A stretch of 63,615 bases of DNA, counting the filler, from Octopus bimaculoides (lineage: Eukaryota): NCBI RefSeq assembly GCF_001194135.2. It is 8 parts of 7 records of this genome, joined end to end, with 100 filler letters (N's around TTAATTAATTAA, not from the genome) between each part and the next. Parts side by side here need not be neighbours in the genome. Positions count along the whole stretch, not along the records: positions 21,618 to 38,592 come from NC_068982.1; positions 38,693 to 42,053 come from NC_068982.1; 6 more parts are not named here. One strand, given 5' to 3'. Each line of letters opens with the position of its first letter. Within the stretch, counting starts at the first letter, position 1. Of the stretch, positions 25,891 through 39,559 are shown one piece after another. A program made the position numbers and the translations under genes. Below the pieces are notes generated by a model. The model had not been told where the DNA came from. It did no database searches and saw nothing but the letters and a program-made list of their open reading frames with translations.

Positions 25891-25900
25891 CTTTGATCCT

Positions 25901-25943
<43 letters not shown>

Positions 25944-26149
25944 ATATTATATATATATAGTGATGATGAATACCCGTCGTTTAATGATGACAGTTCAATT
26001 GTTCGAATCCACTGATTTACCTGCTCCTGTTACTGGCTGAGCGCTCCACAGACGTGTGTATCCTTCACATAATTCACAAGATGAATCAGTGTGATACAGA
26101 GTGTAACATGTTTATACTTTTTAAAATTACAGGTACAATCAACTTGACA

Positions 26150-26270
26150 ATCTTCTGTGCTGTTTCTGGGTAGCACTTTGGTAGGAAATGACATTTGTCC
26201 AATACGCTACGCGGTGGAATTGAACCCAGGATGTAGTGGTTGCGAAACGAACTTCTTACCCATTCGGCCA
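26150..26270 (-). mobile_element. SINE family C fragment
   Basis: TTGAACCCAGGATGTAGTGGTTGCGAAACGAACTTCTTACC. Confidence 0.6.
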
Positions 26271-26313
<43 letters not shown>

Positions 26314-27499
26314 GCATGCGTGTGTGTATGCGTGCGTATATAGTGTGTATGCGTGTATGTATATACATACATGTACATACACACGCATGAAAAATAATAT
26401 TTTGCTTATAACAGCACTTTGCTTATTGAAATCATATCAATTTCTAGAGAATAGAGAAATTGTGTAGAGAAACTGTTTCGAGACAATTGGCATCAACTCC
26501 ATATGAGAAGGGGAGATAATCTCAAGAACCAAGAATACATCAAAATTGATAAGCCATTAAAGAGAGTCTGTCTGAAAACGAGAGGACAGTTGTGGACAAG
26601 GCGTTATAAGCACAGCGATTGTTCTATATCATCAGTAGACACTTAGATATGTATAAAAATGACTAAAACGAAAATGAGCTAAGAAAAACAACCGAGAGTG
26701 TCCAGTGGTGTGTATTTGAACAAAACAGATAAGGGTATATTAAATAATACACAAGATAAATTCATGATTTATTCAAATTATATTCACTTCTAGGGAGGTT
26801 AGAATAATTGCTTTATGGCAATTGAGACAAACTCCAAGATAAACTTTCGATTAATGTAATTATATCTATTTCCATAGAGGGTACACTCCAAATATACGAC
26901 TGCTTCTCTTAAAATACGGGAGGTTAACAAGCATTACAGAGAATTTGTCGTGATTCCAGTATAAAAAATCTCTATGTCAAAAAACAGAAGAGGAATTTAT
27001 TTATGGAATTTGAAGGGTTTCTTTTTTGAGAAATATGAGAGGCTATGTAGTTGATTGGAAATAGAAAAGAGAAGTCAGTAAATAGAGAAAGAATAAATCT
27101 TGTGATTGAACGTCGATAGAAGTTTTAGAGTCAACTGTATCAATTTGCTTTCCTACATTTTCAGTGTTCGTGGAGTTTGTCTTTCTTCGATTTAAAAAGA
27201 AAAAAAACAAACATTTATGTACTATTAGCTGTATGGTGACTTCAATGGGAAAGTTAAAAGATAAGAAATGTATTAATAGCATTAAGGAAATATCAAATTA
27301 AGAATTATACTATATTAACTATGAGGAGAAAAAGATAAGATTACGGTATTAAGAAATTTAGATATATTAAAAATAAAATTAATATATTTTAATTCTGGTG
27401 GCAGTTATTTTGACGTGGATAGTGAATGTGAAGTGCAAACGTTGGAGGGGAGCAGAAGTAAAATAAATAGTTTAAGGGAATTACTGATTAATGTATGAA

Positions 27500-27860
27500 C
27501 TAGCTTTTCTTGGAGACGTCGAGAAAAGAATCACCCTTCTTTTTGACCCACTAGGAACTGTTGAGGTATAACAGCGACTTCCTAGCATTCATTATCAGTT
27601 TAGTATCTAAACCGTTGTGGTAAATTCCCTCTCAGAGCTGATGTTTGGAACCTCGTGGGATTGTACATCAATCCCCAATACCTCCAGGCTGCACAGAGAT
27701 GACGGCTTAGCAATTTCATAAATCACAAATGACAACGCAACAGAATAGACAGATGTAGAAAGTACATAACAGGAATATGTTTGAAGCATAACTATTAGCA
27801 CCAACTTAGCGATATCAGACTTATTGGATTCAACACTAGATTTTAGCACAAGCAAGCACT
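27500..27860 (-). mobile_element. Possible LINE APE endonuclease remnant
   Basis: Frameshifted IGD*..P and GDSFLDV resemble the GDFN and PTR...LD motifs; heavily decayed. Confidence 0.3.
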
Positions 27861-27979
27861 ACCTCAAAAGAAAGCTAAACGAGAATACTATGCACACACA
27901 CACACACACACATGTATAAAATTTGTACCAACTAACTAAACTAAGTAGGAGAGGTTCTGATTTATCCTCATACTGAAAA

Positions 27980-28300
27980 ACCTTTAACAGGGACGCCCCC
28001 AAATGTAACGACATGCAAACCAGCAGCCGTTTGACAGTGAGTTTCCACTATTCAAAAAGTATTCCTAACATACACCAGGAAGAGGAAGGCGAACTGTTTT
28101 AATATACTATATAACGTGATTGCAGTCACTAACAGTGCAAGGGACTGTCTACTAGTGAGACATTTCCATCCAAATCACAAATAAACAAACTCTTCAACAT
28201 AAATAACGCTAAGATTAGCTATTCTTGCTTGGAAAATACAACTTTCCAGATCACGCACCTAGGCAATTTCCACTCCAAAATCCAAAGATTCTTGAAAAGA
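27980..28300 (+). mobile_element. Penelope-like element RT-to-endonuclease linker remnant
   Basis: RKRKANCFNILYN..TNSARDCLLVRHFHPNH, then after a frameshift KLFNINNAKISYSCLEN; matches the PLE pattern WFNPPY..TN..FL.L..HF...KIFN...KISYSC. Confidence 0.65.
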
Positions 28301-30125
28301 GAACAGAAAAACTAGTAGCAGCTTAGGGAGTGAGAGAGCTTGCAGTCTATGCAGTGTACCAAGATATTGTTTGCTTTTCTAATGGCCGATGTTGTGGTAG
28401 TAGATAAAAGCCTCTAGGTTTTTGGTTATAGGTACTTTTCTCCCAGTGTTTACATGCAGTGTTCCTCGCAGCTTTGAGGGAGAGTGTTCTCTTTTTATTT
28501 TTATAAAGTCCGCCTCGAATTGATCTATGATTGAAGGTGTTCCAGCAGCACCCATTCTGTCTATTTTGACCAAGTATAGTATATCTAGGATAATACTGTA
28601 CAATATGGTAATACTTTTAAAAAGAGAGATTTTGCTGCTAATTTTCGTAGGTCGAGAGCGACCACGTAGAGGTTGTCTCATTAGTTGGTGCATATGAGGG
28701 ATAATTTGGTTGTGTGAGTGATAATAGTATGGTTTCGAATGGGTGGGGAATGAAACATATTTTCTGGAAGTCATTCAAGGTACCCTGAAGAACAGATATC
28801 AAAGATTAAAGTAAATTCAAAGAGATTCATAAAAATTGCTTGCAGCTCCACGAAACAAAGACACTAAAGCTTTTAACATCAACTACACAGTATTCAGCAG
28901 CTGCATTAATAGCTCATCTTGACAACTCTATGAAGGATGAGTCTAAGAAAGAGCATGGCCGCCACCACTAACTCACTACTTACGACAATAATCAAATTAT
29001 AGAATACATAAATGGTTATATAACAATTAACAATGGCAGAAAGAAATCGATATTGCCATGAAGAACAACATTCAAAGCAATTAAACAAACACACACCGCT
29101 ATAAAAAGACATAAATTAAACAATAATTACCACTGATCCAAGGCAGCGTTTACTTTTGCTGGAAGTAGCAGCCAAGTAATCTTAAAATAACACTCAACCG
29201 ACATATAAATTGAAAGATACATAGGATATGTAACCTTAGGAACATAATATCAAGGACAGAGTGGTAGTAGTTAGAATGTCTTAGATTGTAGGTTTGTTCA
29301 ATCGAACTTGATATAGACCAACAAATTATGCATGTGTGTGTGTGTGTGTGTGTGAATGGAGATTTAATCATCTGTAGATATTATATAAATGATGCTTACA
29401 AGAATAGAGAAAGTAGGACAAACTACATCTGCTCAGTCAAAGATAATATGAAAGAGAATGACTGCCCCAACTAAACTACAAGTACGTGAGGAAGGGCTCA
29501 ATGTATAGATAAGCTCATCTTATACTCTGCAAAACCAAACGACAATATAGATGTGTCTGAAGAAACGATCTAAATAAACCCATTTGGAAAGGGTCACATC
29601 ATTTAATTTCTACCAAGAAACAAGTCGGGACGGTAGAACAAATTTCTGCATTTGACCAATAAGGCATTAACACAGTTATGTAACAGTTGCTCTTGTTACA
29701 AAAAAAAAATGAAAAGAAAACAACTCACAATCATGAATTTACTGACACCACGAAGCTACCACAAATAATATACCTAAGGTGACCACCTGATACACCTCCT
29801 CGTTAAAGGCAACAGCTATACTGCAATTGAATGTCATGAATCTATTGCAACTAGTGAAAAATAGTCTTACATGAAAGGCCTCAAAACTCAAAAGCTTGGA
29901 CACCTGAAGCTGAGCCATACGCTTGACACTTACAGAATTGTATTTATCAATAAAATGTAGAAATATGTTTAACAAAAAATATCATTTTTTCCAAACTGAA
30001 AAGAAAGTAAGAAACCATTGTAGAGTTGACATACATGCACGCTCTTGAAGATGTCATATCTTTACATCTATTGTCACACAAAAATACAATTTGTGATGCA
30101 CAACTGGTACACAAGAGGGAAGCAC

Positions 30126-30500
30126 TGGCACTGCGTAGCTTACGACGTCGAGGGTTCCAGTTGATCTTATCAACGGAACAGTCTGCTCGTGAAATTAACG
30201 TGCAAGTGGCTGAGCACTCCACAGACACGTGTACCCTTAACGTAGTTCTCGGGGATATTCAGCGTGACACAGTGTGACAAGGCTGACCCTTTGAATTACA
30301 GGCACAACAGAAACAGGAAGTAAGAGTGAGAGAAAGTTGTGGTGAAAGAGTACAGCAGGGTTCGCCACCATCCCCTGCCGGAGCCTCGGTGAGCTTTTAG
30401 GTGTTTTCGCTCAATAAACACTCACAACGCCCGGTCTGGGAATTGAAACCACGATCCTATGACCGCGAGTCCGCTGCCCTAATCACTGGGCCATTGCGCC
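30126..30500 (-). mobile_element. tRNA-derived SINE family B, full length
   Basis: Reverse complement GGCGCAATGGCCCAGTGATTAGGGCAGCGGACTCGCGGTC..GGTTTCAATTCC (A/B boxes), with the same tail as B'. Confidence 0.9.
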
Positions 30501-30760
30501 TCCACCACATAAGGGAAGACAATGTAGGTATATGTAGAAGGAGCAATGGCCTCCCACAAGATGTATTAAACCATGGCCCAAGATCTGATTCGAGATATTG
30601 ACCAAATTGGGGGGAAAAAAAGTTGGTATATTAAGAAAAATGAAACCAACTCTGAGTATACCTACCCATTCCTTTCAGACAGCTTTAATCTTCCCAGACT
30701 CAAATTATCAGAGGGCCACATTTAATCCGGAATACCGCAACATAACAACACAGAAAACGT

Positions 30761-31330
30761 TTGCTTTTCCTCGCCAAAATGCTGTTTATGGATATATGGT
30801 CATCTACCTTAACAGAAGCAACTATGAACTATATTTCATCCTGTTTTACAAATAATGTAAAATTCAACCACACTGTGAAGGTGACACCTAGAATTCTTTT
30901 TTCTTTTTTCTTTCATGGACAATGTGAAATTCAACAGGTTTTAGCTGTAGAATTAGTAATAGTATTAAAATTCGAAAGAACTTCTAGTTCGGTACATCAC
31001 AAACCTACAACCCTGTCCAACCTGCATTTCTATAACCACTCACTAAAAATTAATTAAAAGGAAAAAAGTGAGAACTGCAAGTTGAACTGGCACCAAATTT
31101 TCTCGGTATAAGGACAGTGACATAAAACTGATGCAATTTGTGTCAACAATGCAAGCCATGTGCATTAAATATGTCATGAAAGATCAAAGTTCACTAAATA
31201 GCATTCCCAGATACAGAAAAATTCTTATTAGACGAAAAACAGATCTCAAAATTGATTAAATGGTGAAACCACCGACAGAGTTTTAAAACATAGAAAGAAT
31301 GTAATTAACATAGATATAAAAAAGGATAGA
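30761..31330 (+). mobile_element. Possible highly degraded PLE RT palm/thumb remnant
   Basis: FMDIW...NNVKFNH...SSVHHKPT..LHFYNH resembles YVDD..IKFT..TSVYRKPT..YL.F.SxH. Confidence 0.4.
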
Positions 31331-31443
31331 ATATTCTCACCAATGTATATACAATATAAAAATAAAAATATAAAAACTAACTCTTAAGTCTGTATATAAT
31401 ATACAGGCCTATAATAATAATAATAATAATAATAATAATTTTA

Positions 31444-31729
31444 CTAGCTCAGATACCAGGAAACCCCAAAATGGCTGAAGTTCAAAAGATAGTGCTCATG
31501 GGAACTGCCGATATCCTACGTAAAATACTGTCTATGTCATCTCAAATTTTAAAGCAAACATAATTTTCTTATGGTTTCTTAAACATTCACTTGAACAAAA
31601 CTGTACAAATCCAAATATATGGTACCCTAGGCATAACACCTACATGAACTTCTAACTTGTTGTCTCTTGAGGTCTCTGGGTGAGACTTGGATCCAACTTG
31701 TACAAATGCAAAACAAAAGTCAAACATAA

Positions 31730-31730
<1 letters not shown>
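31444..31730 (+). mobile_element. 3' terminus of an R4/Dong-like (RLE) LINE embedded in (AAT)n
   Basis: QIPGNPKMAEVQKIVLMGTADILRKILSM is the usual C-terminal end of these ORFs (IQK.VLLGT..ILR..L), followed by a 3' UTR; (AAT)n on both sides (31411-31439, 31728-31777). Confidence 0.75.
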
Positions 31731-31764
<34 letters not shown>

Positions 31765-31787
31765 TAATAATAATAATCGTTTCAAAT

Positions 31788-32032
31788 TTTGTCACAAGGG
31801 CAGCAACTTTTGGGAGAGGGGATGAGTCGATTACATCGTCCCGTGTTCAACTGGTACTTATTTTATCGACTCCGAAAGGATGAAGTGCAAACCGACCTCA
31901 GCGGAATTTGAACTCAGAACGTAGCGATGGGCGAAATGCGGCAAAGCATTTTGCCCGATGTGCTAACGATTCCGCCAGCTTGTCGCCTTAATAATAATAA
32001 AGATGATGATGAGGATGATGATGATGATGATC

Positions 32033-32063
<31 letters not shown>

Positions 32064-32333
32064 TAACAACAACAAAAACAACAACGTATACAGTGAGTTT
32101 CTTTGACCCAGGAGTCGGGAAGACACTCGGCAAGAAAAGGGGGATGAATAAAGAAGAAAAACTTAGTAATGATAACAATAATGGTTTCAAATTACATCGA
32201 CTCCAGTCTTCAGCTGGTACTTAATTTATCGACCCCGAAAGGATGAAAAGCAAAGTCGACCTCGGCGGAATTTGAACTTAGAATGGAGCGACGGGCGAAA
32301 TACTGATAAGCATTTCTGCCAGCTCGCCGCCTT
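31788..32333 (-). mobile_element. Two SINE family A tail 2 copies (31788-31990, 32183-32333) within (AAT)/(GAT) arrays
   Basis: GTTTCAAATT tail and GAAAGGATGAA core in both. Confidence 0.85.
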
Positions 32334-32336
32334 ATG

Positions 32337-32409
<73 letters not shown>

Positions 32410-32687
32410 CAACAACAACAAAAAAGACCGCGTCAGTGAACGTCTAAATAGCGTAATACAGTGATTCTTTTAAGGAAGTAGCTTGCATACAAGTGATCAC
32501 TAAAAATTAATATGTTTTTTTTTTACGAGTGCAAATGTAAATAGCTGAGTCAAATGAGCTTTCCAACACTGCGACTCTGCAAAAGGAAAGTGGCAACCAT
32601 CAATTACATCGATATAATATATCTGCTGCCACACATAATCACGTTTCAGCAACAGTTCCTGATTGCTTCCTGATGTATCTCCTAAAA

Positions 32688-32738
<51 letters not shown>

Positions 32739-32829
32739 AAAGCTCTACGTCTTCAGGTACTTTTTAGTTAAAGGTTTCTTCGAAATTGCTAAGCACCTTA
32801 AAATAGATAAATAAATAAATAACTGAAAG

Positions 32830-33150
32830 ACGGCAAAATAAGTTCTATTTATAAAAGAGGAAGAAAAACAGATGTTAATCATTACAGACCTATCTTTCTG
32901 ACTTCCCATATCAGCAAGGTCGTAGAAACAGATAATCAGAGAGAAATGCGTTACGATTTCAGAGAAGCGAGATTTGCTAATGTGATACTCAAAAAGGCCT
33001 CCATTCAGGTAGAAGCTGCATCACACAAAACTGATGTGATATACTTTAAACTTTGTGAAAGTTTTCGAAAAAAAAGTAGATTATAAAGGCTAACACGCCC
33101 CGAGATTTATGCTCTCGGCGTACTTGGGAAACCAGGTGTGACAGTACGAC
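32830..33150 (+). mobile_element. CR1-like LINE RT N-terminal fragment
   Basis: GKISSIYKRGRKTDVNHYRPIFLTSHISKVVE...TDVIYF matches I.PI.K.G....NYRPISLTS..SKV.E...DVIY.DF. Confidence 0.7.
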
Positions 33151-33599
33151 TGTCTTGCAAAAGTTCAGTTCCGTGTAAGTACTTCAAAGAACTGTCTCGC
33201 ATAAATATTCTAGTTTATTAGAACACCTATCGCCACTTGCCATAATGATAACACAGAAATATCTACAGCACTGAATCAGTTCAACGTTGACAAACGCTAA
33301 CAGAAGATCCACGATGCTATATACAGTTGAGCTAAGAAATATTGCAATAGGGTTAAAAGAGACAACATGAAACAACACATTAAAACCACAAGAAATAAAC
33401 TCAGTATCAAATAACTTAACACGGAAATAACAGACAAAATAAATCATAGCAGAGTGACAAACCTTTGTATAGAAAAAAAGAGGGGACATGCAAAATTATC
33501 ATGCTAACTATCGATTCATACAAACAACATTGTCATTTTAAGAGATAACTCTGGCTTGCAAACTGTATGTCAGGTCGCCAAACCTATGTATACACGAAT

Positions 33600-34330
33600 A
33601 CTTCCAGAACATTGTAAATTCCCCAACAGAGTACCACAAGGATCTGTCTTATCACTCAATCTCTTAAACTTATTCTTACATGACTTTTCCCACATCTCCA
33701 CAAAACATACAGTCATCTTTATACACAGATGATTACACTCACAGTCTGCGATCATCTCCACAATAGACTTAGCGTTAGTAGCACCTACCAAATTCATGGT
33801 CGCCCTTCTTCCAGGCAAACGTCAAATGCAACCGACCAATATATCCAGCAACATAAACATATCAGATGCACAGAAAACAAAAATACTAAGACTAGTATAC
33901 AACCCCACAACAATTTTCACAACCCATTTAGAAAACAAAAATGTAAAACGTCTCACAAACACACAGCAATCACATGTACCCCCATTTGGCCAACACAAAA
34001 ACAAAAAAAACTATGGTGTACAAAATAATACTTGAGTCCTACGTGGGCCCGTAATATCTCCTCAACAAAACCAGGACAACCTATGAAGAACACAACACAG
34101 CGTAGTAAACATTGCTGCCGTAAGAGCCAAACCCCAAAACGACCACATCCAAACACCCAGACATTTACATCACAGAGAACTACTACAGCAAAACTCCCCA
34201 CCACACACACACAAAAAGACACTATCCCGCCCGCTCAGCCGACATAGGTATAAAGAATACACAGGCACACAAACAGCTGCAACATCAGTAGCCTCAGTGG
34301 GCCCATACGATATGCTGTGATGCACTCTAG
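33600..34330 (+). mobile_element. Jockey/I-like LINE RT fragment, degraded
   Basis: RVPQGSVLSLNLLNLFLHD, then frameshifted LYTDD; A/C-rich coding-strand bias. Confidence 0.65.
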
Positions 34331-34406
34331 CAACAGAGGAACAGTAACAGTCGCGTACTTATAGCTTTGACAACAAGAACGACGACAAACTACATATATA
34401 TGGTAG

Positions 34407-34622
34407 AAATGTTAGCACGCCAGGTGAAATGCTTAGCGGTATTTCGTCTGCCGTTACGTTCTGAGTTCAAATTCCGCCGAGGTTGACTTTGCCTTTCATC
34501 GTTTCGGGGTCGATAAATTAAGTACCAGCTACGCACTGGGGTCGATGTAATCGACTTAATACATTTGTCTGTCCTTGTTTGTCCCCTCTATGTTTAGCCC
34601 CTTGTGGACAATAATGAAATAA
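34407..34622 (+). mobile_element. SINE family A, tail 1
   Basis: GTTAGCACGCCAGGTGAAATGCTTAGCGG..GAGTTCAAATTCC..TTTGTCTGTCCTTGTTTGTCCCCTCTATGTTTAGCCCCTTGTGG. Confidence 0.9.
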
Positions 34623-35322
34623 GAATCGTTAGAAACTTCATAACATAGGAAAAAGATCACTTTTCCCTTGCGGTTATTTTAATTAAATGGGAACACCGTA
34701 GATTCCCCCCTCCCTGTATTTTAGTCTTTGTATTAATCCTTTCCAAAGCTGTTTTAATACAACAGTGATGTCATATATCAACAGAATGTAACAAGTGATA
34801 TCTAAAAAAAAAAGGTTTGTCAGTCTGCTTATGGTGGACAAAATGTAAAAGACGTAACCCCGGAGGATAGCGAGGGAGATCGCTCGAACATCCACTCTGA
34901 CTCACAAGGCTCACACTTGCAGATCGTTTGGTCATATTAAATGCTCTTTTAGTTAACGCTCTTTATGGTCGGATCCTGTTACGGTCAACTTTAAACTTTG
35001 TCAGTCCCGAGGAGATCATCACAAGTACCAGTTAAATACTACAATCGATTTAACCTAATGAGCAACCTAGATGTAGATGATACGACAGCAGAGTTAGACG
35101 TAACTTCAGTGAAACAGAAACACATACACACACAAACGCGACCTATGATATTTATTTTCTTTCCAAAACAAACGAATTACATAAACGAATAGATGCACAT
35201 ACATGGAGAAATTAGAGACCAACTTTTATAAGCGGCAGTAAGGAGCAAAATAGTCTTCTCAGATTCAACGACTATTTGAGAGAGAGACAGAGAGACAGAG
35301 AGAGAGATAGACAGAGAGAGAC

Positions 35323-35361
<39 letters not shown>

Positions 35362-35664
35362 AGGAGGGAGCGATATAGACGGAAAATGAGCGAAAGGACG
35401 CGACAAATAAACAAACAAGTCATAGATGGCAGTCTAGCTAAAAGGAAGACGTATTTAGCTGACAGAGAAACAGACATGCACCATTTTCTTTCTCTTTCAC
35501 TTTCTCTCTTTCAATCTTTCTTCCTTTCTTTCTTTCTTACATACATACATGGGCTAACGCACGAAACTCTCGACGCATGAACCACTGTAAATTCTACCGA
35601 TTATTGATATGAAAAAAAAACGTACATATATACACACGCACACACACACAGACACATACATGTA

Positions 35665-36070
35665 TGATGGACTTCTTTCAGTTTCCATTTACCAAATCTA
35701 CTCACAGGGCTTTGATCGACCCGAAGCTATAGTAGAAGACACTTGCTCGAGGTACAACGGAGTGAAACTGAACTTGGCACCAAGTAATTAGGAAGCAAAC
35801 TTCTTATTTCTTTATTGCCCACAAGGGACTAAACATAGAGGGGACAAACAAGGACAGACAAAGGGATTAAGTCGATTACATCGATCCAAGTGCGTAACTG
35901 GTACTTAATTTATCGACCCCGAAAGGATGAAAGGCAAAGTCGACCTCGGTGGAATTTGAACTCAGAACGTAGCAGCAGACGAAATACCGTCAAGAATTTC
36001 GCTCGGCGTGCTAACGTTTCTGCCATTTCGCCGCCTTATAGGAAGCAAACTTCTTACCACACAGCCACAC
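35665..36070 (-). mobile_element. SINE A tail 1 (35808-36037) inserted into a SINE C copy
   Basis: SINE C sequence AGGAAGCAAACTTCTTA appears on both sides (35790 and 36040), consistent with a target-site duplication. Confidence 0.8.
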
Positions 36071-36118
36071 TGTGTGTGTATGTGTGAATACACACACACA
36101 CACACACACACACACAAT

Positions 36119-36640
36119 GCAATTCACAGTGGCCCTCTCAGACATATCGCCAGCTGTTCAGTCACCCTTGCTATCTACGCAGACGATATAAAAGTCTCAC
36201 AGAGGTTACAGAACCCTAATGATTTTGTGCACCTACAACAGGAGTTGGATGCAATATACATGTAGGTTGAAAACAATAACAAGCAATTCCATGCGCGCCC
36301 AGCACACGAAGCTGAATGAAACGCGGATAGGTACGCTGACCCAGGAGAGTTTGCAATCCTTGATTCAAAATCAGTGTGTGACCCTGGGCATTGACATGAG
36401 TAATGATGCAGCTTACCAGGTGCATATTACTAAGTTGGATCCTTGGAACATTCAGAAGGAGAGAACAGGAAACCATGATGGCCCTCTGGAGGACGTTTGT
36501 CCTCAGCCGCTTAGACTACTGCTCCCAACTATGGTCATTGCAAAGTGTAAAATTAAAGGCGGAACTCGAAGCAATCGTGTGAAGATACTCAAAGAATATC
36601 GTCTGAATGTGACACGTCATCCATTGGGGAAGGCCGAACG
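36119..36640 (+). mobile_element. CR1-like LINE RT fragment
   Basis: IYADDIKV catalytic motif, LGIDMSND, and frameshifted MALWRTFVLSRLDYCSQLWS; same family as 8515-8860. Confidence 0.85.
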
Positions 36641-36644
36641 AATC

Positions 36645-36907
36645 GACCCCAGGACTTATTCTTTGTAAGCCTAGTACTTATTCTATCGGTCTCTTATGCC
36701 GAACCACTAAGTTACAAGGACGTAAACACACCAACATCGGTTGTGAAGCGACATATATAGGGCTTCTTTCAGTTTCCGTCTACCAAATCTACCCACAAGG
36801 TTTTGGTCGGCCCGAGGCTATAATAGAAGACACCAGCCTAAGGTGCCACGCAGTGGGACTGAACCCGGAGCCATGTGGTTGGGAAAGAAGCTTCTTACCA
36901 CAGTCAC
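36645..36907. mobile_element. SINE D fragment (+) and SINE C (-, 36757-36907)
   Basis: ACTTATTCTATCGGTCTC..GACGTAAACACACC; GGTGCCACGCAGTGGGACTGAACCCGG. Confidence 0.8.
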
Positions 36908-37714
36908 TCCTGTTTATGTAACATATANNNNNNNNNNNNNNNNNNNNNNNNNNNNNNNNNNNNNNNNNNNNNNNNNNNNNNNNNNNNNNNNNNNNNNNNN
37001 NNNNNNNNNNNNNNNNNNNNNNNNNNNNNNNNNNNNNNNNNNNNNNNNNNNNNNNNNNNNNNNNNNNNNNNNNNNNNNNNNNNNNNNNNNNNNNNNNNNN
37101 NNNNNNNNNNNNNNNNNNNNNNNNNNNNNNNNNNNNNNNNNNNNNNNNNNNNNNNNNNNNNNNNNNNNNNNNNNNNNNNNNNNNNNNNNNNNNNNNNNNN
37201 NNNNNNNNNNNNNNNNNNNNNNNNNNNNNNNNNNNNNNNNNNNNNNNNNNNNNNNNNNNNNNNNNNNNNNNNNNNNNNNNNNNNNNNNNNNNNNNNNNNN
37301 NNNNNNNNNNNNNNNNNNNNNNNNNNNNNNNNNNNNNNNNNNNNNNNNNNNNNNNNNNNNNNNNNNNNNNNNNNNNNNNNNNNNNNNNNNNNNNNNNNNN
37401 NNNNNNNNNNNNNNNNNNNNNNNNNNNNNNNNNNNNNNNNNNNNNNNNNNNNNNNNNNNNNNNNNNNNNNNNNNNNNNNNNNNNNNNNNNNNNNNNNNNN
37501 NNNNNNNNNNNNNNNNNNNNNNNNNNNNNNNNNNNNNNNNNNNNNNNNNNNNNNNNNNNNNNNNNNNNNNNNNNNNNNNNNNNNNNNNNNNNNNNNNNNN
37601 NNNNNNNNNNNNNNNNNNNNNNNNNNNNNNNNNNNNNNNNNNNNNNNNNNNNNNNNNNNNNNNNNNNNNNNNNNNNNNNNNNNNNNNNNNNNNNNNNNNT
37701 ATAAGATTGCCAGG

Positions 37715-37935
37715 TTTTTGTCTCTCTCGCCAAGGTCAGCAGCTATCGAACGCCGACGAAGGGAAATAACCCTGAAATCCGGATCCGTTCGTGCTGCAGA
37801 TCGAGGTGAGAGGGATAACTTCCCTTGGCAAACAGGACACAGTCGTGTGTCGATAAGCCAGCTGGAGGAGATGTCCTCCTGGGGCTAAAAGCAACAGTAA
37901 CATCCACCCCTAGGGGTCAGCCACACTTAAGTGGC
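37715..37935 (-). mobile_element. Unclassified dispersed repeat (family F); short homologue at 62192-62243 (+)
   Basis: CTTAAGTGTGGCTGACCCCTAGGGGTGGATGTTACTGTTGC versus CTTAAATGTGGCTGACCCCGAGGGGTGGATGTTACTATTGC. Confidence 0.6.
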
Positions 37936-38553
37936 AATATACTACACTTTATCGTGCAGTTACTGTTAATACTTCATTTAGAGAATTAACATTGCTTATA
38001 TATATATATAAACGAGGCTGCTCGTCCAAATCACAACAGCTCATCTTAGGAAATGACACATTGGAAGTGTTTCTGGATTTCCGATGTAGGGGAAAATTAC
38101 CGGATAATCACTCTAGGAATACGTTCAATCATAATTTTGTTCCATCAGAGTTGACCTTGTAATGAAGCAAAACACCTTTGATAATGTGTTATTTAAGAGA
38201 AACACCTTTAATACTGTACTGTTATGTAAAAGTATTAATTTTTGAAATTAATCAAAGCATATTGTATAAGTATGTTATAGGCACATATCACAGGTGGGAA
38301 CAGACTCGCCGACTCACAGCACAAATCCTTTAGGTATGAGATAATAAACCCCGTTTTGCAGGGAGCAATTGTAATAGACTCCTCACACTTCTAATACAGG
38401 TGTGTATTGAACATTGCATTTTCACACAGTAACAACCGAAGTTTATGAATGTATGCATATGTATACGTACACCTATACACACACACACACTTATACTTAC
38501 AGACACACACGCACACACACACAAATACATATGCCTGCATATACGTGTGTGTG

Positions 38554-38592
<39 letters not shown>

Positions 38593-38859
38593 NNNNNNNN
38601 NNNNNNNNNNNNNNNNNNNNNNNNNNNNNNNNNNNNTTAATTAATTAANNNNNNNNNNNNNNNNNNNNNNNNNNNNNNNNNNNNNNNNNNNNATTATTTT
38701 GGTTGACGGTGGGGGGTTGCAACCGAGAGAGGGGGAAGAAGAATGCTGGTTTGGGGATAGGGTGGGGGTGAGGACGTAACTGTAACAGGAGATATTGTTT
38801 GTTTTTCCTGACTTACGCTTGTTGTTTTGTTATTGATGTTGCTGTTGTTGGTGTACAGT

Positions 38860-39501
38860 TTCAAGATATGTATGTGTATGAGTGTGTGTGTATGAGTGTG
38901 TGTGTACGTATGCGTATGTATTTGTATGCATGTGTCTGTATATGTCTGTGTGTGTCACTTCAGTTTTAATGTTTGCGCACGCGCATTTGTGTATGTGTGT
39001 GTATGCGTGTGTGTGCGTGTGCTTGTGTGAGCACTTCTGTGCATGACTTGAATGAATAAATACCAGCGTATGGCTGTGTGCGCGTGCATGAATATATATA
39101 CATATATGAATGTATGTTTATGTGTGTGCGTGTGTGTACTATGTATGTGTACATAGATATATTCGTGGGGGGTGGCAACAAATATACCCATTTATATATA
39201 TATATATATGTGTGTATGTGTATGTGTGTATATATATTTATATATACGCACACATATATACGTATATATGCATATGTATGTGTATGTCTATGCGTATGTG
39301 TATATACATGGAGACACATTTATGTGTGTATATATGTATGTATGAGATTTTGTGCAAATTTGTATGTATGCGTGTGTTTGTGTGTGTATGTGTGTGTTCT
39401 TGTGCGTTTATGTGCTTGTGTTTGTATGTGTGTGTATGTGTGTGTGCATGTGAGTGTGAGTGCGTGCATGCGTATGTGTGTTCGCGTGCGTGGCGTGCGT
39501 G

Positions 39502-39559
<58 letters not shown>

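Noticed and set aside
26440-27200. Possible PLE N-terminal region (LSENERTVVDKAL)
   Set aside because: One short motif only, with many stops; cannot be supported.
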